Positions 12,296 through 25,270 of a stretch of 64,000 bases of DNA are shown here, in pieces. Source of the stretch: Eledone cirrhosa (lineage: Eukaryota); the NCBI GenBank assembly GCA_964016885.1, contig OZ024742.1, positions 145,514,001-145,578,000 of the forward strand. Direction: 5' to 3'. The stretch's first letter is position 1, and each line of letters opens with the position of its first letter. Made by a program: the position numbers and the translations under genes. The notes under the pieces are model-generated. The model made no database searches, was not told the origin of the DNA, and saw only the letters and a list, made by a program, of their open reading frames with translations.

Positions 12296-13946
12296 TTATA
12301 TTACTGTCATCTGATATTCTGAAACAAGAAACAGTTTAAGATATATTGATGTTACGAAAAATGAAGATATTCAAATTTCTACATTGATAAACTGTTGTTA
12401 TAAACTTTTACCTGAACATTACATTTTTAATTAAAATTACATCATATAACCTTATGTGAACTATATATATTTACACTCTACAGATAAACTTGCTGATTGT
12501 GTAATTACATGTTAAACAACAGAATATAAATAATTTTCTTTCCCGAGAAACACCATTCGTCGTTGACGTTTAGCTCAAGGTCAATCATACTGAGTAGACC
12601 TATAATTAAAGACATTCCAACCATGTCCATCACATCCTCCCTACTGGCATGACTTTATTATTCAATAAACTTTTTTGACTGAAATGTGTAAATTTAAGGC
12701 TGATTTGGCTGCTATTTCTAACAGGTCGAGCAACCATATAGAGGGTTCCTCTAATGATTCGTTGTTCAGATCCACGTCAGCTGTGAATGAGCAAGCTTAT
12801 GATTAAAGTGGTGTAAGGGTGCTACAAATCGAATGTTACAACAGATATAACAAAAAGACACTTATTTATGAACGAAAAACATAACATTACTAATAAAAAC
12901 CTCTTCTAAATAAAAATTTAAACAGATAGCTATTTAACAGACAGGAGCAGTATATTTTGTTTTCTTTCAGAATTTACGTCAATGAATAGTGAAAGTTGAA
13001 TATGCAGAAAATGGCCACATACGGTTACCTTACAAATATGTCCTGGTCGCCTTCTTTGTCCTCATTATACTGTTGTTTAAGAATTGTTGTAACTTCTTTA
13101 TGTGATAGCAACTGTAAGTGGACGTAAAGATATAGTGTTACCGATAAATATACCTTGCGAATGAAATTTGGTAGACAAAAACTGTGCAAGAACCAAACTT
13201 TCGTTATTTACTCTCAACTATCGCCACGAATTAACAATAGAAACATGGCGAATAGATTTTTCCGGAAGAAAGACAAGGAGGAAGCTGGTTTCTTAGATTT
13301 TCGTTATGACAATAGCTTGCGTAACAGTTTTAACAGCTGTTTATTTCTAGTGATGTTTTCTGCCTCCAAACTTTTCCAAGGAGCGAAATCGACAATGAAG
13401 CAGCCTTGAAACGGACTGCTCGGTTAAATAAAATGTATTATTAGTGAACGTCTATAATAAACTATCAGGGGAAATAACTCCCGGCGTCTCAGAGATAGAG
13501 ACTGCGTAAAAAAAAAAAAAAAAATTTCTCCACTTATTTTAGTTTGATATGAAACATGTTTCTCAAGTGTCATATATCCGAGAATTGATTCCCTGTGCTG
13601 TTAATATTTATAATTGTTTCTACATTTGGCACAAGGCCAGCAATTACTCAGTATATTACTGGTACTTTATTTTATCGATCATATTTATAATAAACAGTAG
13701 CCCGAGATTTCGAAAAAAAAAGTTTACTTAAGACGTCAGTAACGAAAATTTACTTACCGTACTCCTCTTTCTGTGACACAAAGGAGATGAAAGCAACTAA
13801 TTACCGGGACCTGACCGACTGCTTCTCTTTTCGTGCCAGTCACCGTAGAAACTTCGTTTTATCCTCGATCCCCAAACTACCGTTTTCCTCCGAAAAAGCG
13901 GGAAGAGTGCATTATGCCCGGTGATGGAGCTCCCTTGGGAGTTGAG

Positions 13947-14385
13947 CAGTGGTTCCCAAACTTTTTTTATCGCGGAACCCCTTGACATTATTTTTAAAAT
14001 AATGGAACCCTTATCTAAAATAAAACATTATATTGAAAAATGAGTTTATTTTAAACAGACATACCTCTACTTAATATCTAAGTTGTACATAATTAGAATG
14101 TCTAATGGGAAGAATGCTTCTGTTTCTTGGACATCAGTATCCTTTTGAAATTTGATACAATGCTGGATAATTTGAACTCTCATATCCGGTGTGGTATCCA
14201 TTTTGCTTCTATATGAAGTTTTCGTGTTAGCATATCTTGAAAATCCTGATTCACTTAAATATGTTGTTACAAATGGCAACAGTACTTTTACGGCCCGTTT
14301 GGATATTCATCACTTAGATTCTCCCCAAATTGCGCCTTACGGAACCCCTGGCCTTGCTTCACGGAACCCACTTTGGGAACCACTG
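13947..14385 (-). mobile_element. hAT (Buster/Charlie-type) internally deleted DNA transposon
   Basis: TIRs CAGTGGTTCCCAAA at 13947 and TTTGGGAACCACTG ending at 14385; internal transposase C-terminus PFVTTYLSESGFSRYANTKTSYR; TSD is imperfect. Confidence 0.85.
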
Positions 14386-15574
14386 GGTTATAGTGATTGA
14401 AACAACGGAGGTTGCTGGCCCTTCACCGAAGTTATGCCTTCGCCATTTTGTCTACGTGAGGCAGCTGATATATAGCGCCCAGACTATAGGGTAGAGTCTG
14501 CCGCTTCTTCCTCTCTTTCCCAATGTAATTTTTTCTTTTCTTTTACTTTTTCAGTTTTTTCTTATTATTGTATTATTCTATGTATTTATTAAATATCTAT
14601 TTGGTTTGTTTGTGTTGTTGAAATACAAATTACGTTTATTAATCAAGCCTTGTAATGATAGAAAGAGTAGTTAAGGTACCTATGAAGTAAAGCGAAGTTA
14701 GTGGTTGTTGTTGAAGGAAGATGATAAACAAATCAAATACAATAATTTTGGTCAGAGATATAACTTTACTTCACTTCTATATAAAGTAAAAAAATAATGT
14801 TTATTGCGCTACGTTCGATTACAAAGTGACAAGTTGTTTCATTATGTACATACCAGCATAGGTAGCAGGAAGCTCGGAGTGCAAAGGAGCTGTGCGATTC
14901 TTTGTGTATAGTTGCAATGCTGATGGAAGAATTTTCGTTGGGCCCTTGTAAATAGGGCCGTATCGATTTGCTGTGTGCTACATCTCGCCACTTGCTTGAG
15001 CAGGTCGAAGTGATGCTTCTCCTTCGAGAAACAAGAGTCGAATGAGGAAAAGAACTTATCTCGCCTTCACCTCGAGCTGACCGGCCAACCAAGACCACTG
15101 ACACGCCAACCCAGATAAAATAGAAATGGCAGCTTGATGTCATTCGGGGGTCAGTGTGTGAAGAAATTTCACTACACCTACACTAGATATAAGTCGCCTC
15201 CCAACTTTTTTTTAAAATATATACGGATCTTTTAATTTATTTCCTATTATAGCACACGTCTTAGACAGGAATTTTCCCGTCCAGAGCTGATAAACTGGCG
15301 ATAAAGGCTGTAGTTATATACAAGTGTTTTTGTTACTTTTGAGATGATGTTGAAAACACAGTAGATAAGATAGTTTATCTTTAATGGGATAAGAAACACT
15401 CTTCATATTTCCTTATTACGGTAGATATCCGTAAAAATGAAAAGTAACACCGAAATATCTCTTGTTGAATCCTGTGTTTGACAGGAAAAAAAATAGCATA
15501 GATCGTTAGCAAGTATGGTTTTTTTTCTCTCACATATTTACTCTTAAAAATACTTTTATTCACAGTTGTAAAAA

Positions 15575-17300
15575 TAACATTACAAATGCAGATTAGTTCC
15601 GCACAGCGTCGAATGATAGCACCGAGTTCTCCGAGAAGATCTGTGTGGGGGTGACAAGGTGCACCGTGCAGCGTGAACATGAATTTAGGGAGGACGAAAC
15701 AGTTCTTCAAGAAGAAGAGCGCCGGGTGAGCGTCAATGAGACATAGCCTATGTGCCATTCGGTACAAAACTGCACGGATCGAGCGGGCAACGTCGCTGAC
15801 TTCCAGCATAAAGAGGAGCGAGCCGAGTGGGTCTCGCTGCTGGACACCTGTGGCAGAAGTAACCTGGTTGGCAGTGGCCATGAGTGAGCTGGGTCTTCCT
15901 TACGAGAGGTGATGGAGGGGGCTCGTCTAACGCTGTTGAAGGACTTTGTCTTGTCCAGCTTCAAGAGGAGGTGGGGGTGACAAAAGAGGCGCGTGCTCTT
16001 TGAAGTGTCTCGCCGCATGAGCTGTGGCTTTGCATCTGCACTTGATTCCAACTCTGACTGGACAGGGCTTAGCACCTCACTCAGGTCATCTTTAACTGAC
16101 TTGTAAGCTATCTTGGCTGCAAGTCATCAGAAGACATTGCCCACCGCAATGGGGTGGACGTCTCAGTCATTCTTCCTCAGGGGGATCAGACTGGCAGAGA
16201 AGAAAAGATTGCGGGCATGGCTGGGCAAGTTGGCACGGAGGAGACAGTTGATAAGGCCCGTTAACGACTGGAACAATCAGGCCCCTGCTTCTGCAGCATG
16301 AGACGAGATGAGGTCTCTGAGGTGACCAGGCGCAAGCCATCCACTGCTGCTATTGGGGAAAGATCTCAGGGCAGATATTATGTCCTCACTGGTTCGCTGC
16401 AGGGGAAAGATTGCTGGCTGGGAATCCAGATGTTTAAGGCGAAGCGCTGACAAGACGCCTGGTGTGAGCTGAATCACAGCGTCACTTGAGGCCAGCACAC
16501 ATTCGGCTGCTGAAACGTCGCCCTCAATTTGTTTGAGGTTAACTCTGTCCCAGAGATGTTTCATGCGGTCAGAAGTGGATTATGGGCACTGTGTTGGTGC
16601 CTGTGGGCAAGGGTCGCAGAAAGAGGCAATGTTGCCCTTGAGCCTCAAAGTCAGGGAGGGGGCCTGATCTCTCACTCGCCGTTGGGTTCCCTATCAACAG
16701 AATCCTGAGTATGAATAGTTTGATCCAGTCTTGTGGGTCTCCCGAGTCAAGTGGTCGGTCGATTGAAGTCGCTAGCACTTTGGACACAGGAGTGCAGGCA
16801 GAGCTGGTGATGACTTTGCGCGACTGCCTGAGGAGGGAGATTGCCACTAGACACTCATCCGAGTCGAGCAAGTTCAGGTCCTTCCCTGTTGAGTCAGACC
16901 TCTATGACTACCTGTGGTGTTGAGGTGGATAGTCATGGGGGTCAGTGCCACTGGTGCAAGAATTCTGATGCATGTCATGTGAATTTGACACAAGAGGGAT
17001 GGAAGAAGCTGTTGCAGTTGTAGCAGCTCCTTCCTCTCTTGAGCCTGTCATGTGTGGCACACGAGTGACACTAGACAACATCCTGTGGGGTGGAAGGCAG
17101 AAGAGAGACAGGCATTAAATTTAAGGGTGTAGGATGTGGAGGCAGGAAATGGGGTGACTGTGGGGGTGGTAGGGGGATGGGGTGAGAGAGAAGTGGAAGG
17201 GGGGATGTGGGGAGAATGGGAGGATGGATAAAAAGAAAGAATTGGTAGCGAACTGACTGTAAATAACGCTACAAAACACTACCAAAGCAACTTAGCAATG
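15575..17300 (-). mobile_element. Degraded CRE-like (RLE-type) non-LTR retrotransposon, RT region
   Basis: HPIAVGNVF..LAAK, LLKLDKTKSFNSV, GVQQRDPLGSLLF and ALRSFPNSSSG motifs; GC-rich relative to flanks; multiple frameshifts. Confidence 0.75.
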
Positions 17301-17338
17301 ACACTTCCAGTTCTGAAATAACATAGTTCATCAATAAT

Positions 17339-17515
17339 TGTTTCTACTTTAGGCACAAGGCCAGCAATTATCCAGTACATTACTGGTACTTTATTTTATC
17401 GACCCCGTAAGGATGAAAGGCAAAGTTAACCTTGGCGAGATTTGAACTCAGACCGTAAAGGGACGTAACTATGCTAGAAAGCATGGCGTCCAACCCTCTA
17501 CCGATACTGCCAATT
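17339..17515 (-). mobile_element. OK-like SINE with a 17-bp TSD
   Basis: Reverse complement of the 1033-1225 family; catagttcatcaataat at 17322-17338 and 17516-17532. Confidence 0.88.
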
Positions 17516-17529
17516 CATAGTTCATCAAT

Positions 17530-18308
17530 AATAATAACAATAATGAAATTGTTGTGTAAAGTGCTCAGGTGCACTACAACTCATCAAAGGTGCATGTATA
17601 GTACATAGAATAATGTACAAATGTGAGGAAAATGAACAGTGTATGAGTCATCATATACATGTGTGCGTATGTATGGAGGGGGGATATCAGGTGTAGTGTT
17701 GGCGAATTTCAGGAAGCATGGAGGTTTTAATGTCCTGACAGCTAACAACTGGTGCAGGTAGTTTGTTCCATGCTTCAGCAACTCTGAACGTGAAAAAATG
17801 TTTCCAAAAGTCATGAGAGCTGTGCTGTTTTCTGATATTTTAGCCATGCCCATGGGCATGGACACATTGAAGCTCCGATGTCTGGCAACTGACTTTGTAA
17901 ACACCCACAAAATTATTAACTATCTTGCCAACAACAACCCTGAGCACCTTTTTGAATTTCATGAGTCTAACATCCGTGGGCATGCCTACAAAGTCAGAAA
18001 ACAGCATAGCTCTATTGACATTTTTTCACACTCAAAGTTGCTGAAGCATGGAACAAACTACCTGCATTGGTTATTAACTGTCAGGAAGCTGCATCCTTCA
18101 AAACATCCATGCTTCCTGAAATTTACCAAAACTACACCTGATATCCACCCCCACCCCCATACACGCGCACACATGTATATCATGACTCATACACTGTTCA
18201 CTTTCCTGACATTTTTACATTATTCTATGTACTATACATGCACCTTTGATGAGTTGTAAGTGCACCTGAGCACTGTACACAATAATTTCATCATTATTAT
18301 TATTATTA
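17530..18308. mobile_element. Two CR1 3' ends fused head-to-head (inverted)
   Basis: 17530-17850 (-) and 17851-18308 (+) both match the 3' part of the 7163-8385 LINE; (TAA)n/(ATT)n tails face outward. Confidence 0.85.
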
Positions 18309-19199
18309 AAAAGAAAAGGTTTGAAAAACACAACCATTTAAATCAAATAGTTCAGCATTACACATTAGTCTTTTGTGTTGAGTCAACAAAACAATTGATA
18401 TTAAATGAAGATCACACTAACAGCAAATGAATTTGATGCAATTCAACAAGGGAAGATTTTAGCTGGCCAACATAGAAAACACTTTCTAAATAAGACAGGA
18501 CACTTTGTAGAATAATTATTTCAATGATACTTTTCTCCCTTTTCCTTTCAACTTTGTTTCTTTTCAGTTTTTTTCTCTTCTTTTTTTTTAACCTTCTTAT
18601 TAGATTATATTGTTTTTCACTTTGACTGTATACTTCCGTGTATTGTATCTATAAGGTTCCATGTCTATAATACATTTTCCCTCGTCGGTCTAATTTTTTA
18701 TTCTTGGTGGTAGCAATACGTGGTTGTGTGTGTTTCTGCTGACTCTTGCAGAACCACAAGAAAACATGTCCACATAGTTCGACACCGACCAGTTATTTTA
18801 TACAATGTAGTGAGGACTACATATTCAATGCTACACATGGTTTTTAAGTTTATTTTACCAGTAAACCCTAAAGGGAAGCAACTCTGGCAGGGGTCCTTAT
18901 TTTAAATAATAGTTTCTACTTTTGGCACAAGGCCAGCAACTAACCAGTGTATTACTGGTACTTTATTTTATCGTTAAATAATAAATAGTGTTTTAGAACC
19001 CAAGTAGTGACTACTATCTTTAACGCAGGTCGTAACTTTCGGCTAAAATTCTTAATTTCGAAAATATTTGACTCTGCTAAAATTCTTAAGCCATTGAACT
19101 CAGTAAATGTGTGTATGTAACTAAAGCGTAACATACATTACAAATGGACAAAACTCAAACAGAATTATAATAAGACAAGTGGCTCTACCTAGAGTGACT

Positions 19200-19570
19200 C
19201 TCTGATCTCCAAGATATGCACTCTATTGAGTAACATTACTCCACAGACCCTTCGGAGGAACCCCATTTCGGCTGCTTGTATTCGCAATCATATTCTTCTG
19301 GTCATTACCCTAGATTCATGACCATAGGTAAGGGTTGGCACTAATGCCGAATTGAAGATAGCGAGTTTGATTTTTACATCCACCTCCCTTCTTCTGATTA
19401 CTGAATGCATAAGCTGGTGCATTACTGCACCAGCTCCTGCAATTCTTGCACTTAATTCAGCCTCCTGCCTTCCATCACTTGTGAACACAGTCCCAGATAC
19501 TTGAACTTCTTCACCTACTTCAGTGAAACTCCATTCACATGTAGAGTGCACTGAGCAGGCTTCCTTGGGA
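19200..19570 (-). mobile_element. RTE LINE fragment, paralogous to ~4580-4920
   Basis: FTSDGRQEAELSARIAGA and LVPTLTYGHES motifs; clear DNA similarity to 4600-4920. Confidence 0.78.
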
Positions 19571-20703
19571 TGTGTTTATATATATATACACTCATGCATT
19601 CATTACACTATAATGTATATTTATATACACAAATACATATGTATTACTTTCCAATCACAATATCCTGGGTTCTAATCCTACATTTGTCCCTATAAAAAGT
19701 TATTTCTCCTAAGTTACTCATACATTTACCCCTGTATGTCATCTGTCCATATATACTGAACATTTTTATAATTAATATTCCAGAAATATATTATTAAAAT
19801 AGCATTTTCACCTTTAATCATTTTTATGTGTCAGTAATCAACATAAACTATAGGGTTTCTTTTATGTAAATAACTAATTTATGAAAATATGAATTTTTAA
19901 ATTTGGAGATGATTCTTCCTGTATCCAGTAATCCTGGTAAATTCTACATATCAAAACTTAGTCTCTAAAAATGAAATACATTGAACACTATTGCTGTCAT
20001 TGTTAATGGCACTGTTGTTCTGGTCACTGGAATAAAATTGCTGCTGTACAAAATAGGATCAATTTTAGAGTCAAGGGGAAGTAAATTTGTAAATATACAT
20101 AACGACACCAAGTCCAAACTAGGGAGCTCAACCAGGTAAAAATATCTCGAACAAAATAAATAAATTAATAAAACCCAACAATGAAACATGAATGTATTCA
20201 GCAAAATTACATTCACAACTTTAAAATAAAACATTGATAATGAAAAATAACGAAGTAAACGTAAAATGAAAACCTAAACTTCGCGAAATTCCGTTAAAAG
20301 TATTAATGGTCTTGGCAGACGATAGTTACATGTGTGTGTATATATATATAAATATACCTGTAAACATAAATAAATATACCTGTAAACGCAGTCCAACGCT
20401 TCTTACTTTATTATAGTTTAAATTAAGCACTGTTGTACGCCCATTGATTAGATATATATATATAAATGTAATAGCATATAAATTATGTCTGATGCAGACA
20501 CACACACACACACATATATATATATTTATATATATACACACACACACACACATACCACACCACACACACATACCACACCACACACAAATCGTCTTGCAAA
20601 GTAAGTGAAGCTATTATTAATCCTCCCCGGGTGAAGTAACTTGCAATAATACATCTAACGGACACACACACAAATATATCTATTCATACATAGACATATA
20701 GGC

Positions 20704-21105
20704 GAAGTCTTGTCCGTAAAGTGCATGCGTGAAGGCTGGTCCGAAGTGCGCATGCGCGAAGACTGGTCAGTACTGCACATGCGGAAGGCTTTTCCGAAGT
20801 GCGCATGCGCAAAGTCTGGTCCGAAGTGCGCATGCGCAAAGGCTGGTCAGAAGTGCGCATGTGCGAAAGCTGGTTCGTACTGCGCATGTTCGAAGGCTGT
20901 TCCGAAGTGCGCAAGCGTGAAGTCTGTCTGAAGTGCGCATGCGCGAAGGTTGGTCTGAAGTGCGCATGCATGAAGGCTGGTTCGTACTGCACATGCGTGA
21001 AGGGTGTCCAAAGTGCACATGCGCGAAGGCTGATCCGAAGAGCACATGCGCAAAGGCTGGTCCGAAGAGCGCATGCACGAAGGCTGGTCTGTACCACGCA
21101 TGCAC
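20704..21105. repeat. Minisatellite, about 15 copies of a 27-bp unit (gaaggctggtccgaagtgcgcatgcgc)
   Basis: Unit starts at ~20704, 20731, 20758, 20784, 20811, 20838, 20865, 20892, 20919, 20945, 20972, 20999, 21025, 21052, 21079; the overlapping repetitive ORFs are by-products. Confidence 0.92.
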
Positions 21106-21314
21106 AAACCTAGCTGGAAGAATCCTCATTGCAAGTGATAGGGTACCATCATACATATGAACACATAGACACACACACGCGTTTCAAAGAGAATAGAAGA
21201 GATCAATAAAATAAGTACTAGATTTTAAAATATATGTACTGGAATTGAAGTCAAGAAAATTCTTTAATCGTGGAACCCCAGCATGGGCACAGTCTAACGT
21301 CTGAAACAAGTGCA

Positions 21315-24300
21315 GGCCGGAGAATTGTTCTTCTTCAATCTATGGTTTCCCTCGCTTCTACAGTGAGTGCTTTCAGAATTCGATGACTGTGGTTCGACAC
21401 ATGGGAAAGCCATCTTATTTCATCACGGTAACAACTAACCCTAACTGGGATAAAATAAAAAATAGTTTGCACTCTGGTGAAGAACTGAGAGACCGTCCTG
21501 ATATTTGTGCAAGAGTCTTCAAGATCAAGTATGACAGCCTCATGGATGACATACTGAAAAAAATGTCCTAGGAAAAGTTGTGGCTCATTCTGCTACAATA
21601 GAGAGGCAGAAAACGAGGTCTCACTCAAGCACATATTCTGCTGATAATGGCTGAAGTTAGCAAGCCCAAAACTGCTGATGCCATTGATCAGGTAGTGTAC
21701 TGTGAGATTCCTGATAAAGAGACCAATCCAATTCTGCATAAGATCATCACATCCTGCAACATTCATGGCCCATGTGGGCAAGCTAATATGATGTGCTCAT
21801 GTATGGAAGGGCTAGGACAACAACGCCATTGCTCAAAAAGTTATCCCAAGGCATTCTGATAAACCACATTTGTTGCCGAAAATTCCTTTCCGGAGTATAG
21901 AATAAGGGATAGACAGCATGGTGGTCACACCCATACAATCCAACTTAAAGGTCAGGAATTTACTGTTGATAATTGTTGGATTGTTCCATACAACCCTTTC
22001 CTCTCATTGAGATATCAGTGCCACATCAATTGTGAGGTTGTCCACAGTGTCAAGGCTGTTAAGTACTTATATAAGTACATCACAAAAGGATCAAACAAGA
22101 TCACTTTCACTATTAAGGATGATCAAGGAAATTGTGTCCATGCCCAAAATGAGATTGAGACTTATATCAATGCATGGTACATCTCAGCCAGTGAAGCATT
22201 CTGGAGAATCTATAAATTTCCATTACATCATCGAAAACAGCCAGTTGAAAAGTTGCCTTGCCATTTACCTGGGGACAAATGGTCGTATATGAGCGAGGGC
22301 AGGAAGAAAGTATTGTTTCTAGGGGACAGCCAATGACTAAGTTGACGGAATATTTTCAACTGAATATTAGAGACCCACTGGCACAAAACATATTGTATAT
22401 TGATATTCCTAAATATTTCACTTGGACAAACAAAAAGTGGCAAAGAAGAAAAAAGGGACATCTGGATGGTGATCAACAATTTATGAGTGAATCTCTTGGA
22501 AGCATTCCAACAGTATCTCTCAGTAGACATCAATCTGAATTATATTACCTCAGGATGATCCTACATCACAAAGCTAGGTCAACTTCATACAAAGATTTTA
22601 GGACAATTAAAGGAGTTGAATTTCCAACATTCCAAGAAGCATGCAGGAAACTTGGTCTGTTAGATGAAGATGGAGAAAAGACAAAGCTATGGAAGAGGCC
22701 TCATCCATTACACTTGGAGAGATCTTCTGCACCATTTTATTGTACAGTATGCCAAATGACCCTCTGCAGTTCTGGGAGAAATGGAAGAATTGTCTTGCAG
22801 AGGATATCATGCATGAACGTCATGAGCAAGTCATGTCCATGCAAACCGTGCAGATTGTTCTACAGAAGATCCAACAAAGACTTCAACATGATGGCTTGGA
22901 CATTCATGCCAACTATGGACTTCCTTGGCCAGACCCAACTATTGTTGCCATACCAGAAATCAACAGGGTTCTTATGGCAGAAACTGATTTCAATACACAC
23001 CAACTGCAAGCAAACATAAATGAACTTCTGCCAACATTGAATCCTGAGCAACTGGTTATTTTTCACAAAGTAATTACCTCTGTAAATGAAAATGAAGGCA
23101 GAATGTTCTGCTTGACTGCAGGTACAGGAAAGACCTATGTCATAAACATCCTATTGGATTACCTCCGATCTAAAAAAAAAAATTGCGCTTGCCACTGCCA
23201 TATCTAGAATAGCAGCCACTTTGCTTCACAAAGATAGAACTCTTCATTCCAAGTGCAAGATTCCTCTCAATGTGACTGCTGAATCAACTTGCTTCTTTAC
23301 AAAGAGGGATGACACAGGTAAACTTATGCAGCAAGCTGACCTGCTAATCATTGATGAGATAGGTATGGGACATAAGCATATCTTTGAATGCCTTGATAGG
23401 ATCTTCAAAGATGTTCGAGATTGCAAAAAGCCATTTGGTGGTCTAACAGTATTGCTATCTGGTGACTGGAAGCAAATTCTTGTACGTCATGGTGTTAGAC
23501 CACAAATAGTTGAGGCAACCATCAAGAGATCCTATCTCTGGGACTGTGTGGAAACCATGGAGATGACAACCAATCAACGGTTAATTAATGCAGAGGATTC
23601 TGATGAAAGACAGTTTGCAAACTACTTTCTTGATGTGGGAAATGGTAACATGTAGGTGCATTCACAATTCTTCTTCCAAATGAACTTTGTCTGGAATATG
23701 GTAATGTGTCTGGACTGTGTGATTTTGTGTATACAAATCTTCCAGGAAACTACACAAACCCACTATGGCTTGCAAATAGAGCCATTATCACTCCAACAAA
23801 TTATGCAGCAAGATTGGTGAATGAGTTCATGGTCAACAAGTTCCCTGGTCATGAAATAATCTACAGAAGCTCTGACACAGTAGATAATGAACTGCAATAT
23901 CCAATTGAGTTCATCAACAAACTTACCCCATCAGGCTTCCCAACACATACTTAAACTGAAGAAAGCCAGTTGCATCATGCATCTGAGAAATCTGGATCCT
24001 CTAAATGGGCATTGCAATGGTACATGCTACATCATCATCAGTTTACATAATCATGTAACTGAAGCTGAAGTGGCATTGGGTCTCAGTGCTGGAACAAGGT
24101 TGCTAATCCCAAGGATACCACATTTATCGCAAGAGCTTCAGTTCCCTTTCACCTTTATTCGCAAGCAATTTCCTGTCAAACCAGCCTTTGCCCTTATATG
24201 CAACAAAGCACAAGGGCAGACATTTGAAAATATAGGTGTATATCTACGAACACAATTCTTCTCACATGGTCAGATGTATGTTGTATTATCACGAGTTACA

Positions 24301-24380
24301 AAAAAAAAGAAAATCTAAAAATATTAAATGAAAGGGGTCTGTTTGCTGACAACTGTGTCTACAAAGAAATTCTACAGTGA
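21315..24380 (+). mobile_element. Helitron Rep/Helicase (HUH + PIF1-like) coding region, pseudogenised
   Basis: GKPSYFITVTTNPNW, DRPDICARVF, QKRG..AHIL, HGPCG, HINCE..KYLYKYITKG, AGTGKT, IDEIGM, PFGG..SGDWKQI, RNLD..CNGT, RKQFPVKPAFA..NKAQGQT, FSHGQMYVVLSRV; many frameshifts. Confidence 0.93.
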
Positions 24381-25089
24381 TGTGAAACAGCTATCACTCT
24401 CTTTTAGTTGAAATGAATTTCAGTTTCTTTTTAACTGCTAGAAAAGGGACACTACAAAAACTTAAGAAGTCTATATGTGAATACAGTAAAACAACAATAT
24501 AGCGAAGGTCAACTCTTCATATTGGTAAATGTAATTCATTCATTCATACCAGCAGCATCTATTTTCAAATTCACTGCTTGAAGCTTCCCATCGACATTCT
24601 CAAGTGAAGATTCATGAAAATTTTCTGTCAACAGTTTCATCGCTTTTCCATCTCCATTATCGCCTTTTTTAAAAATGTATCATGGATTACTTTACTGATT
24701 ACAGAAGTAAGTGTAACACAGTCTTTGTTCAGTTTATGTGCATATTGTCAATTTACGTATTATATCTATGTGCATATATATTTGCGTATATCAATATACA
24801 CCAAACGATAATTATCATGTAGGATGATTTTAACTTGTTTTTTAACAATTGATGGGGGAAAAGATTTCAAATTGTTTTAACAATAGTCTTAACTTGAGCC
24901 GCAACTCATGGTGTCAGACACTCACCGGCTAAATAGCCTGGGAGTCTATTTTACTAGGACTGGCTACATAGCCTCATCTTATAGAATAAAAGATCCCATA
25001 ACTCCATGTGGAGACGTAGAGGCACCATCATACAGCGTGTGTAGGGCATTTTTAAAAGCTGGCAGAGCCCAACCTTCTCCAGGTCTGAA

Positions 25090-25270
25090 CAAGGTCAATT
25101 TTTTCTATAATCGACCCCAATACTGGATTGATACTTTTTTTATCGACCTCAAAAGGATGAAAGGCAAAGTTGACTTCTACTGGATTTGAACTAGAGCACG
25201 CAAGGAGGTGGGACGAATACCGTAAAGTATTCTATCCGACGTCATATCGACTCTACCAATTTGCCACCTT
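25090..25270 (-). mobile_element. Older OK-like SINE copy
   Basis: tatcgacctcaaaaggatgaaaggcaaagttgac..gatttgaact motif. Confidence 0.7.

Noticed and set aside
20704-21105. CRISPR-like array or repetitive protein gene
   Set aside because: Units are head-to-tail with no unique spacers and there are no cas genes. The several overlapping ORFs arise from a 27-bp unit with few stop codons.
21315-24380. Host PIF1 helicase gene or an active Helitron
   Set aside because: The helicase is fused to HUH Rep motifs, has no introns, and carries numerous stops and frameshifts; termini were not identified.
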